Assembly: GCA_042217585.1 (NCBI GenBank) | Contig: JBDGSJ010000019.1 | Span: 1 to 21,171 of the forward strand | Source: Candidatus Nanohaloarchaea archaeon | GTDB taxonomy: Archaea; Nanohalarchaeota; Nanosalinia; Nanosalinales; Nanosalinaceae | Direction: 5' to 3' | DNA: 21,171 nt | Program-made: the position numbers and the translations under genes | Notes under the pieces: model-generated | The model's database searches: none | What the model was told of the DNA's origin: nothing | What the model saw: only the letters and a program-made list of their open reading frames with translations | Part shown: positions 7,011-15,314 of the stretch, one piece after another | Numbering within the stretch: the stretch's first letter is position 1 | How the letters are laid out: each line of letters starts with the position of its first letter

Positions 7011-8204
7011 CTAATCCTGTGTGTAGTCGTGGAAGTAGGGATCCACCACGAACTTCAGGTGCTTCCATCCCTCTGCCGTAGGTATCCTGTACTTCTGGTC
7101 CTGGTAAACTATCCTGAAGTTGCTGGATTTGATGGACATATCGACGTCTATCTCGTGGTAGTAATCCTTGTCGACCTCGATACAGTTGCCTTTCTTGTCT
7201 CTTTCGATACATTCTCTGTCGCAGACTCTACCTGTCTTGGTTACGTCCACGTCCCCGCTTGATAGAGCGAAATCATCTGTTTCTGCATAGCGGAGAGTTT
7301 CGCTAGGTCCTTCAACCTCTAAAGTCGGTATCTCGAACCCTTTTTTTTCCGGAAATTTTGATCTCACTTCGCTCATCGCTTCCCCTATCTCGTTCTGGGC
7401 GTCCCCTATAGCTTTCTCTTCGACGTTTTCTATCTCAGAATCACTGGGATATCTGCATGTCTCCCCGGATGCGGAGTAATCCGTCGGTACATCCCTCAGG
7501 TTCTCTCTAAGTTCTCTGACCGCGTCATGGGTCTGGTTGGCCAGCATCATGTACCGGTTGTCATAGGCTACTCTACGGGTCTGGTAGATGTTTTGGGGGT
7601 CTCCCTTGTAGCGGAAGGTTTTTTCGCTGAAAGTACATTTTATGCCTACTGCCTCTTTCCCGAAACGGTAGGTTATCCCGAAGTAGTTGAAGACGAATGA
7701 TGATGACAGCGAGAGAGGTATGTTGGTTCTCTCCCGCGGCTTCTTTCCCGAGTAATAGAGGGAAAGGTCGTCGTATGGTATGGATTTCAGTGCCATGTCG
7801 CCAGGGACCTTGCAGTTCGAGAAACCTGGTATATTTGTCTCAAAGATCTTAGCGTACTCGGCCCTGAAGGTCTCGTTCGTCCTGTATCTCAGGTTTTTAA
7901 TCAGTTTTTCGGCGGTGATTGTGGAGAGCGTATCGTATCTCCACCGGAGATCTTCTCCACCTCCTTTCTGGCCCAGGTCCCACGTTTTCTGGTGGGTCGA
8001 GTGGACGCCGGCGGTCGGCAGGTAGCTGTAGTAGTAGAAGTCGCCGTAGGACCTTGTCGCGGACATCCTGGTGAGGTCGTTGATCGAGTTCGCGACCTCG
8101 TTGCTGAAGGACTGGGATATAGGTATCGACTGGAACATCATCAGGGCTGTCATCAGCAGAAGCCCTATCATGGGAAGTATGCCGGATATACTGCCCTTTC
8201 TCAC
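7011..8204 (-). CDS. Large pilin-like/adhesin protein with class III signal peptide (397 aa)
   Basis: MRKG|SISGILPMIGLLLMTALMMF followed by a long soluble domain with several Cys. Its start overlaps the upstream stop. Confidence 0.75.
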   Translation of the reverse strand: MRKGSISGILPMIGLLLMTALMMFQSIPISQSFSNEVANSINDLTRMSATRSYGDFYYYSYLPTAGVHSTHQKTWDLGQKGGGEDLRWRYDTLSTITAEKLIKNLRYRTNETFRAEYAKIFETNIPGFSNCKVPGDMALKSIPYDDLSLYYSGKKPRERTNIPLSLSSSFVFNYFGITYRFGKEAVGIKCTFSEKTFRYKGDPQNIYQTRRVAYDNRYMMLANQTHDAVRELRENLRDVPTDYSASGETCRYPSDSEIENVEEKAIGDAQNEIGEAMSEVRSKFPEKKGFEIPTLEVEGPSETLRYAETDDFALSSGDVDVTKTGRVCDRECIERDKKGNCIEVDKDYYHEIDVDMSIKSSNFRIVYQDQKYRIPTAEGWKHLKFVVDPYFHDYTQD

Positions 8205-8785
8205 TGTCCGCCCACCGCGAATATGCTTCCTGAGGTTTTAACCCACATGGAGAAAGTGGCTTTCTGGCCGTTCGACAGCGCTATGGGATAGGATATCAAT
8301 GATCTCGTTCCAGTCGGCTCGTATGTTGAGACGGTTATATCGGCCGGTTTCTCTCCTTTCACGTTCCTTATCTCCAGGTGGTAATCCACTTTGTTCGGTC
8401 CCTGATGCCAGTATCTCTCCATCTTGTACTTCAGGTAGGTCTTCAGGTCCTTCTTCACCTCGGACCTGGGTATCTTCCTACCGTCTATGTATATGGCGTC
8501 TCCGGGAGTCGAGAAGTAGTAGGACACGATGCGGTAGACCTTCCTGTTGCCGTAGTCGTTCTTTACCCCGGGCGCCCGCCACATGTAGTCGTTCATGGTG
8601 TTAGTGACGACAGAGCGCTTCCGGACCTCTCCGAGTTCCGCCGATATCGTTGCTGTGACCTGCTGTTCGAAGAGATTCCCGACCCCCGTCAGGCTGAAGA
8701 GGAGGATTATATCCATCATGACGACTACAGCCATGACCATCGCCTCTCCGACTATCCCCTGGCCCTTACTTGATCGGGTAAACAT
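8201..8785 (-). CDS. Minor pilin-like protein with class III signal peptide (194 aa)
   Basis: MFTRSSKG|QGIVGEAMVMAVVVMMDIILLFSL. Confidence 0.8.
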   Translation of the reverse strand: MFTRSSKGQGIVGEAMVMAVVVMMDIILLFSLTGVGNLFEQQVTATISAELGEVRKRSVVTNTMNDYMWRAPGVKNDYGNRKVYRIVSYYFSTPGDAIYIDGRKIPRSEVKKDLKTYLKYKMERYWHQGPNKVDYHLEIRNVKGEKPADITVSTYEPTGTRSLISYPIALSNGQKATFSMWVKTSGSIFAVGGQ

Positions 8786-9308
8786 AGATCCTCACCGGTA
8801 GCCTCCTGTTGTAGTTTTTGCCCTTCCTGATTATCATAGCTGGTGCGAACACCACATCCCTCAGTGCGACTCCCTCCGGGCGTCTGTTACAGTCAAGTTT
8901 CCTGGGGTTTGTCGCGTGCTCCGAGAGCTCGTCCAGTTTCTTGATGTAGAAACCGAAGTTCTCTCCGTCCAGACCGGCGACCCTCTCGATGTAACAGTGG
9001 CCGTTCCTCTTCTTGTAACCTATCTCTCCGGTGCTGTCCTTCCTGTTCGTAAAGAATTCTGCAGGTATAAGTCCTCTGCGGTGGTCGTAGTAATAAGAGT
9101 TTTTGACGGTATTTTCCGCCCCTGTGGCTGCATCTACCGATATAGTGTTCTCCAGGACCACGGCGGACCGGTAAGCCTCCATGCTCTGGGCCTGTACGTT
9201 CTCGCTCAGCGCCACGAGCCCTCCGCCGTAAACGTTCACGGTCAGCGCGACGCCCGAGAGAAGCATCAGCGCATAGGGGATCTTGGTTATGAGGTTGTAG
9301 AGGTCCAT
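8766..9308 (-). CDS. Minor pilin-like membrane-anchored protein (180 aa; 193 aa if TTG 9347 is used)
   Basis: N-terminal hydrophobic helix IPYALMLLSGVALTVNV. ATG 9308 lies 1 nt after the upstream stop. The alternative TTG start would add an RRNG|SMD class III-like leader. Confidence 0.7.
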   Translation of the reverse strand: MDLYNLITKIPYALMLLSGVALTVNVYGGGLVALSENVQAQSMEAYRSAVVLENTISVDAATGAENTVKNSYYYDHRRGLIPAEFFTNRKDSTGEIGYKKRNGHCYIERVAGLDGENFGFYIKKLDELSEHATNPRKLDCNRRPEGVALRDVVFAPAMIIRKGKNYNRRLPVRIYVYPIK

Positions 9309-9309
9309 A

Positions 9310-9756
9310 CTACCATTTCTCCGGGCAATCGCCCGTTGAGATCTCAAGTCTTCCGTCCACGGTTTTGTGAAGACAGAGCAATTTCTTTATCCTGGTGAAG
9401 TCCTGGTTCGAGGCGGTTTCTTCATACGTTATATCGCTGTATCCGCTGCTGTCTTTCTCTATGGTCGCCTTGCCCGTGGTGTCCTGGTACTTTACTATTA
9501 TCCTCCAGTTCCCGCTACTCAGCTCTTTCACCCTGTAGAGGTAGTTCGACATCTCCAGCTCCATGTAGGTCCTGGGAGCGGACCGGGCGACCAGCGCAGC
9601 GTTCGCCAGCCTCTGGGCCTGTATCTTCGTTGTCTCTTCCTTCACGTAATCTGTCGTGTCTATCTGGACCGTGTATATGGCACCTATCAGTATCAGAAAG
9701 GTCACGACCGCCTCGATCATCGTGAAAGGCATCGATCCCTGGCCCTTGCGGTCCAT
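9310..9756 (-). CDS. Minor pilin-like protein with class III signal peptide (148 aa)
   Basis: MDRKG|QGSMPFTMIEAVVTFLILIGAIYTV and a C-terminal Cys pair. Confidence 0.8.
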   Translation of the reverse strand: MDRKGQGSMPFTMIEAVVTFLILIGAIYTVQIDTTDYVKEETTKIQAQRLANAALVARSAPRTYMELEMSNYLYRVKELSSGNWRIIVKYQDTTGKATIEKDSSGYSDITYEETASNQDFTRIKKLLCLHKTVDGRLEISTGDCPEKW

Positions 9757-10232
9757 CAGTCCACCCTTACGTCGATATCTATGGTAGGATGTTTTTTGTC
9801 AGCGTTCTCCGCCTCTATCCCTATCCTCCAGTCCCCGCTTGTTATCTTCCGGTAGTTGCTTTCCGGGAACTTGAGGTTGTACTTGCAGCCGCTGAGCTTG
9901 TAAATTACAGCTTTTCCATTAGCGGGCTCGTAGACCAGTCTGTACCTGTACTGCTCCGATTTTCTCAGGGTTATGTAGCCTGATGATCTTATGTCTATGG
10001 TCAGGTTGGCTGGTTCGGCGGCTCCGCCTACTGTTCCGCCTGTCACCGCCGCGCACTTCTTAGAAGCAGTCTTTCCCAGTTCGTTCAGTTGGCCCTCGTC
10101 CCACTGGCTGTTCGAGGTCTCGGCAAACATGTTCAGGAACTGTTTGGGTATCTGGATGCCGCCTATAAGAAGTATTATTACTCCGAGGACGACCATGACC
10201 GGCATACCCCAGGTACCTCCCTTTCTAGCCAC
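9756..10232 (-). CDS. Minor pilin-like protein with class III signal peptide (158 aa from GTG 10232; track gives 168 aa from 10262)
   Basis: MARKG|GTWGMPVMVVLGVIILLIGG, with SD GGAGGT just upstream of GTG 10232. Confidence 0.75.
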   Translation of the reverse strand: MARKGGTWGMPVMVVLGVIILLIGGIQIPKQFLNMFAETSNSQWDEGQLNELGKTASKKCAAVTGGTVGGAAEPANLTIDIRSSGYITLRKSEQYRYRLVYEPANGKAVIYKLSGCKYNLKFPESNYRKITSGDWRIGIEAENADKKHPTIDIDVRVD

Positions 10233-10434
10233 CTTTTCTACCTCCCTTCTGTCCGCAGACATCAGTGTTCTCCTGGTTGGCGAACACGCAGGAAATCTGG
10301 TTGCCTATATTGTTTGCGAAGCTTCCTATGTTGCTCTCCCCTCTGTCCAGCGTCATGCTTGCGATACCGTAGACTCCAGCCACGACGAGCAGAGCTACCA
10401 CGATAGCCACCAGTACCTGTACAGCGCTTCTCAT
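10225..10434 (-). CDS. Short pilin-like protein (69 aa) without class III leader
   Basis: MRSAVQVLVAIVVALLVVAGVYGIASM resembles the mature N-terminus of neighbouring pilins. It has a Cys pair and a TGATG overlap with the upstream gene. Confidence 0.75.
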   Translation of the reverse strand: MRSAVQVLVAIVVALLVVAGVYGIASMTLDRGESNIGSFANNIGNQISCVFANQENTDVCGQKGGRKGG

Positions 10435-10616
10435 CAGCTTACTATGTTACCCAGTGAGACCTCTATACCCAGGTTTTTCAGAGCGAAACTTTCCAGAAAG
10501 TTTCCTCTGGTGGTAAATATGTATGCAAGCGTTACTGCAACTATGATGCCCACCATTATGCTTACTATAACGCTGAGGCTTATATCCAGACCCTTCCTTC
10601 TCTTCAGCATCTTCAT
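10434..10616 (-). CDS. Short pilin-like protein with class III signal peptide (60 aa)
   Basis: MKMLKRRKG|LDISLSVIVSIMVGIIVAVTLAYIF, with an ATGA overlap with the upstream gene. Confidence 0.8.
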   Translation of the reverse strand: MKMLKRRKGLDISLSVIVSIMVGIIVAVTLAYIFTTRGNFLESFALKNLGIEVSLGNIVS

Positions 10617-10783
10617 GGCTGTGAAAGGCTGGGAAGGCCAGGTAGTCCCTGGATAAAGTTGTTGAGCAGGTTTTGAAGCTGGGACTGGAAGGCCGCGAAT
10701 ACCAGCGCGATAACCATCACACCGAGGACCATCATCGCCACGGTTTTGATGGACATGTCCAGTCCCTTCCTTTCTCCTCTCAT
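10613..10783 (-). CDS. Short pilin-like protein with class III signal peptide (56 aa), not in ORF track
   Basis: Manual translation MRGERKG|LDMSIKTVAMMVLGVMVIALVFAAFQSQLQNLLNNFIQGLPGLPSLSQP. TATA box 25 nt upstream; stop overlaps the next start. Confidence 0.85.
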   Translation of the reverse strand: MRGERKGLDMSIKTVAMMVLGVMVIALVFAAFQSQLQNLLNNFIQGLPGLPSLSQP

Positions 10784-10807
10784 TGTAGATAGATTCCTCT
10801 TTCGGGG

Positions 10808-10815
10808 ATATAAAA
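10808..10815 (-). promoter_or_regulatory. TATA box TTTTATAT driving the 10783-to-7011 pilin operon
   Basis: Consensus TATA 25 nt upstream of ATG 10783; the downstream genes overlap or abut one another. Confidence 0.65.
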
Positions 10816-10823
10816 GTCGAGTT

Positions 10824-12779
10824 TCAGGGGGTGCAGTTCTTCAGGGATTTCCTGACGTTCTGCCATTTCGTGTCAACTACCTCCCCGTTCTTATTCTTCA
10901 GCACAAGTTTGACTGAACAGGATTTCTGATAGCTGAAAGACTGAGACGTGAATATCGCTGTTGTCTGATCCAGTGATGTGTCTGTTCCGCTATTTGAACC
11001 TGAAGTCAATTTTTTCCAGGCGAAGAGAGGTTCATCTGTCAGGTAGAACTCTTCACTTTCGCCCCTCCTCACCAGTTCGTAACCGTAACCAGGAGATCTG
11101 GCAGAAGGGCTGGCTCGTCCCTTATAGTACATCTCGATGTAGTAGCTGCCCGAGGAGTAGGAGTTAGTGCTTATCTGTGGTGTTAATGTTACATAACGGT
11201 CCTTTTTGCTATCTACGTCCGATGAGCTTACCGTCAGCCCGGCACTTCTTTTGTCCGGACAGCTCTTTACGGCTGATCCCAGCGAAATTACTGTTGTTTG
11301 TGACCCGATGACCTTATCTGTTCCTCCACCTCTTGCTTTCAGCAATTTGAGCTTAAGTCTACAGAGCTGGTTGCCTGAGATTTCTCCGCCGTTTATCTTG
11401 ATCTGGAACGTTTTCTCGTCACCCTGTCCGATTTCCTTTACTCCACTGACATCGAGAGGGTTGTTATTCATTTCGTAGGCTCCTACTTTCAGGCCTCCTT
11501 CCCAGTAGTCGTTCTTGACTCTGACATCGATATAAAGATCTTTCTCGTCACCGATGAATCTCGTGAGATAGGTCGTCAAGCCTTTGTACTTGAACCTGTA
11601 GTTCCCGTAATATGCTATACTTGCTGCAGGTCCGCTCTCTAGTTGTCCGCACTGCCTAGTCTCGACATTGGTCACGACTATCCTCGGAAATATATCCTGA
11701 TCTCCAAGCCCGGGACGGTCTGCCTCCCCATCATTGAAGGGCCCTCCCTGATTCACCTGTATGTAGCCTTCGTCACCCGGACAGAGCCTCACTTTGGCTC
11801 TTGGTTGATTTTTAGTGTCCAGGTTGTAAAGTCTTGCTATGAATGCGAACCTGTACAGTTGGTCTTTTTCGAAGTCCAGCGAGTCTGCCAGTTTCTTAAA
11901 CGAGTCCTCGGCCAGCGAGGGCGAACAGTAGATTGTGTTGCGTCCCGTGATAAGTTCCTGTCTCTTCTTCACGGGGTCGATGAGTCTTCTGTCCCTGGTG
12001 ACCTGGTCCTCGAACCATACCAGGTAATTAGGACCGGTCCCTATGGTTCTGGGGGAGAGAGTCCAGTCCTGAAGTTCACCCGTCGCCATGGCGGTTATCG
12101 ATTCAACCGTCCCAACGCCAGGAACGAAGAACCCGGCTACCCCAGCTCTAAAGAACGCTTTATCAGCTGCGTTTACTTCATCGCCCTGCCACTTTTTGTC
12201 GCACTGTTTCGGAGTTATAACGGCTCTTTCATAGGATTGGGTGGATCCTGCGATTAGATGCCTTTCAAGCCATGTCCCTTTATCAGGATTATTCTCGTCG
12301 TGGTAGGTCACGAAAGTTACGGGTTTCGTCACCTCGAACTTCACGCGGGAGAAACGGCCCTCCATGTCGTATCCTGATTCCTTGAGGTCCCAGGAGCCCG
12401 GACCTCGTATGAACGTTTCCGATGCTCCCACGCAGTTCGGCTTCTTTCCCAGGTAGCTGTCCTCCAGCGCCTTATATCCACCGGTTTTCTGGAGATAGCC
12501 GGGCAACGAGGGCCAGTTAGGTTCACCTTTTGTTATGCCTTCTTTGCATCCCTTCACCGAGGCCACGGTGTATACGTAGTGTGTAAGGTTTGAGAGGTCC
12601 TGCTTGTTCTCGATGTCTACCACGTAGTCGGTCTGGTTCTCGGCTTTCCCGAATGCTTGGTCGAAGTACTTCCCGAAGTAACCGGTGGTGGTCATCGTCA
12701 TGAAGGTGGATGCCGTCATAAGGCCTAGCGCCAGAACCAGTATGGTCTTTATCCCCATTCCTTTTCTGCTGTCTAGCAT
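10824..12779 (-). CDS. Very large pilin-anchored adhesin-like protein (651 aa) with class III signal peptide and tandem C-terminal beta-rich domains
   Basis: The likely start is MLDSRKG|MGIKTILVLALGLMTASTF at 12779, overlapping the upstream stop. Multiple Cys, K/R-rich, lower GC in the 3' half. Confidence 0.8.
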   Translation of the reverse strand: MLDSRKGMGIKTILVLALGLMTASTFMTMTTTGYFGKYFDQAFGKAENQTDYVVDIENKQDLSNLTHYVYTVASVKGCKEGITKGEPNWPSLPGYLQKTGGYKALEDSYLGKKPNCVGASETFIRGPGSWDLKESGYDMEGRFSRVKFEVTKPVTFVTYHDENNPDKGTWLERHLIAGSTQSYERAVITPKQCDKKWQGDEVNAADKAFFRAGVAGFFVPGVGTVESITAMATGELQDWTLSPRTIGTGPNYLVWFEDQVTRDRRLIDPVKKRQELITGRNTIYCSPSLAEDSFKKLADSLDFEKDQLYRFAFIARLYNLDTKNQPRAKVRLCPGDEGYIQVNQGGPFNDGEADRPGLGDQDIFPRIVVTNVETRQCGQLESGPAASIAYYGNYRFKYKGLTTYLTRFIGDEKDLYIDVRVKNDYWEGGLKVGAYEMNNNPLDVSGVKEIGQGDEKTFQIKINGGEISGNQLCRLKLKLLKARGGGTDKVIGSQTTVISLGSAVKSCPDKRSAGLTVSSSDVDSKKDRYVTLTPQISTNSYSSGSYYIEMYYKGRASPSARSPGYGYELVRRGESEEFYLTDEPLFAWKKLTSGSNSGTDTSLDQTTAIFTSQSFSYQKSCSVKLVLKNKNGEVVDTKWQNVRKSLKNCTP

Positions 12780-12979
12780 CCCGTTATCGACACCCCCACC
12801 GTGTCCGCCACTATGCTGAATACTCCACGCATCAGCATACACATGGCTCCTGAGACGTTGTCAAGTATCGGTGTTACGCTGGCGAGGAACAGGAGGGCCA
12901 TACCCAGTGCGACTATCAGGACTATTATGCCGTTTATCGGCAGGTTTCCCTGTCCTTTTGATCTGCCAATTGGTTTCAT
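12773..12979 (-). CDS. Short pilin-like protein with class III signal peptide (68 aa)
   Basis: MKPIGRSKG|QGNLPINGIIVLIVALGMALLFLASV and a Cys pair. Confidence 0.8.
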   Translation of the reverse strand: MKPIGRSKGQGNLPINGIIVLIVALGMALLFLASVTPILDNVSGAMCMLMRGVFSIVADTVGVSITGC

Positions 12980-13038
12980 TCTGAGGCGGCCTGTTTACTT
13001 TTTTGTGTGATATTTGATAAGGTTTCGTCTCCTCCGGG

Positions 13039-13176
13039 TCAGTTCAGGAGGTTCTCGAACATCGATTTCATTATGTTCTCGATTCCCCCGGTTATCACTC
13101 CTATCAGGAGGGCCACGAATCCCAGGGATATCACTATTATCACCAGGACCTGCAAAGCGCTCATACCTTTTTTCAT
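13039..13176 (-). CDS. Minimal pilin-like protein with class III signal peptide (45 aa), not in ORF track
   Basis: Manual translation MKKG|MSALQVLVIIVISLGFVALLIGVITGGIENIMKSMFENLLN, with an ATGA overlap with the platform-protein stop. Confidence 0.85.
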   Translation of the reverse strand: MKKGMSALQVLVIIVISLGFVALLIGVITGGIENIMKSMFENLLN

Positions 13177-15311
13177 CCGCTTATACCACCCACTATGCCT
13201 CCGAACAGGAGGCTCACGATTATCACGGTCATCGTGTAGAAGAACACGCCGGAGATCATCACTTTTCCGACGAACAGGTTCTTGTAGGTGTCGTCCTCGC
13301 CATGGGTTATCTTCATGTAGAAGGTCCCGAGTATGTAGAGCAGCTGTATGAGGTAGAGTCCAACGACGAGCTGGAGGACCTCTGGGGGTATCACCGAGTC
13401 CGCCGCACCGAGACCTGTAGGCAGCCCGGTCGGCGCCCCTGTCTGGAGGTTCCCGGTCGCGCCCGAGAAGGACTGTCCGAGCGTGTAGAGAGCCCTTATT
13501 ATGGTCTGGGACATCCCGACGGCGACACCTGAGACTATGGGCGCCAGCAGGTAGGCAAGCATCTGGATAGTGGTTATTGTGTCCTCCATGTAGTCGTTGA
13601 GGTCCTCCTGGGTCTTGTGTATGTTCTTCAGGTACTTGGAAATCGTCATCATGGCGGTCGAGGCCATGTTTGTCCCCTTCTTGGATGACTCGATCACCGC
13701 CTTCATGACGGTCCTTATCATCTGGCTGGGGAAGTCCCTTATCGCGCCGTACTCATCGTGGAAGATGGACTCCTCAAAGGTCATGCCCATCTCCCTGACG
13801 TTCTGGGATGCCTCCCTGAAAAGGTCCGATATCTCAAGTTCGGAGGTGGATTCCGCGGCCTCCTCCAGTCCTTTCTCTATCGGTGTCCCGCCGGATATCT
13901 TGTTGCCGAGTTCGAACAGTGCGTTCGGGAACTGCTGCTCGATGTTCTCCAGTTTCTCCTCCGCGTCTCTCCTGTTGACGTTCCCGAGGTACTTCGTGAC
14001 TCCTATACCGAGACCCAGTCCGAAGACGAGCGACAGGCTTCTCATCAGCATCGGCATCGGAGCAAGTTTGTCCGCCGAGGCCTTGAAAAGCGGTGGGGCG
14101 GCCTGTATTGTGGTGTTCGAGGATACTGGATACGTGTGAGGGAAGTAGGCGTATCCGGCTATGCCGTATAGGCCGAAAGCCAGGAACAATAGGAGGCCTA
14201 TCGGCCAGACCGGTATCTTCCCTGAGAAACCCAGTATATCGATCCTGTACTTCCCGCGTTCCGGCAGAGTATCCTCGTCTATAGGTTCCGTCGATACTGT
14301 CGGAGGCCTGGAGCTCAGGGTTCTCTGCATGAACCAGTAGAGGAAACCGGGTAGAAGGATGTTGAACATGACGAAGAGATGGACTGGCGTTATCAGCCCG
14401 CCCATGAATGCCGTGATCAGCGGCAGCATTATCATGCCGAGGACCGGGAGCATCGCTCCCATGGCGTTGATTATCATGACCGGGGTCTCAAGGCTCTGGG
14501 CGTAGTGTTTCATCTTCTCCCGGGTCCCGTCCAGTATGTTGTCGATGGAGTCCTGGAGCATCCTCTCCATCCGGTCCTGGCCGGGCTCCTGCATCGCCGC
14601 CTTCAGAAGGGTCAGGGATTCCAGGAAGTCGTCGTTGTAGCCCTTCCAGCGGCGGGTGTAATCCTCCATCGCCTCCTCTATCCTGTTGTAGTTGCCGACC
14701 TCGAGGTCCCAGAGTATCCCTTTCAGGTCCTTCGATATAGGTCCCTCCAGGTTCAACGCGGCGAACCGGACTCCGCCCTCGAGGTTCGGCGAGGACCGCA
14801 TGTAGACGACCATGTAGAGTATGGCCAGTATCATCTCGCCGCTGCTCCGTATGACCTTGTTCTTGGCAGCGTACTTCGGCTTGAGATACGTGTATGCGCC
14901 CGCGGTCAGCGGCACCGAGAGGAAAAGTATCATCACTGTGACCGGTATGATCCCCACCAGCATATTGATGAGGAATATCAGGGTCCAGAAAAGCGTCCCG
15001 GTCAGGAAGACGCCGACCGATGCGGAGAGGACCATACCCGGCGTGATGTTCCATCCGAGTAGTTTTATCGGATCGTTGAGGCTTTCCTGTACTGACTCGT
15101 CTGCCTTCAGGTGGAATATGTTTGCGTAGAGGTTGCAGAGTCTCTCGTACCGGTTCTTGGACTTCGAGTGCTCCGTTTCCTCCTTGAACTCCTTGTAGGC
15201 ACGCGAGTAGCTGTCCTTGTCGGAGGTGTCGTAAGGAGGCATCTCGACGTCCTTGTCGAGGTCCTCCAGTATGTCGTTTATCCTTTCCTCCTTGTCCTCG
15301 TCATCGGGCAT
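13173..15311 (-). CDS. Type IV pilus platform membrane protein (T2SSF family; TadC/PilC/ArlJ-like, two cytoplasmic domains)
   Basis: Multiple TM segments, two T2SSF-like units (MVVYMRSSPNLEGGVRFAA...; FPNALFELGNKISGGTPIEKGL...), directly downstream of the ATPase. Confidence 0.9.
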   Translation of the reverse strand: MPDDEDKEERINDILEDLDKDVEMPPYDTSDKDSYSRAYKEFKEETEHSKSKNRYERLCNLYANIFHLKADESVQESLNDPIKLLGWNITPGMVLSASVGVFLTGTLFWTLIFLINMLVGIIPVTVMILFLSVPLTAGAYTYLKPKYAAKNKVIRSSGEMILAILYMVVYMRSSPNLEGGVRFAALNLEGPISKDLKGILWDLEVGNYNRIEEAMEDYTRRWKGYNDDFLESLTLLKAAMQEPGQDRMERMLQDSIDNILDGTREKMKHYAQSLETPVMIINAMGAMLPVLGMIMLPLITAFMGGLITPVHLFVMFNILLPGFLYWFMQRTLSSRPPTVSTEPIDEDTLPERGKYRIDILGFSGKIPVWPIGLLLFLAFGLYGIAGYAYFPHTYPVSSNTTIQAAPPLFKASADKLAPMPMLMRSLSLVFGLGLGIGVTKYLGNVNRRDAEEKLENIEQQFPNALFELGNKISGGTPIEKGLEEAAESTSELEISDLFREASQNVREMGMTFEESIFHDEYGAIRDFPSQMIRTVMKAVIESSKKGTNMASTAMMTISKYLKNIHKTQEDLNDYMEDTITTIQMLAYLLAPIVSGVAVGMSQTIIRALYTLGQSFSGATGNLQTGAPTGLPTGLGAADSVIPPEVLQLVVGLYLIQLLYILGTFYMKITHGEDDTYKNLFVGKVMISGVFFYTMTVIIVSLLFGGIVGGISG

Positions 15312-15314
15312 TTT

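Noticed and set aside
12780..12842. N-terminal extension MYADAWSIQHSGG... of the 672-aa track ORF
   Set aside because: It overlaps the upstream pilin gene; ATG 12779 gives a canonical short class III leader.
5965..13176. CRISPR array, diversity-generating retroelement or invertible pilin cassettes
   Set aside because: No regularly spaced direct repeats, reverse transcriptase, recombinase or near-identical template/variable repeat pairs were seen by eye.
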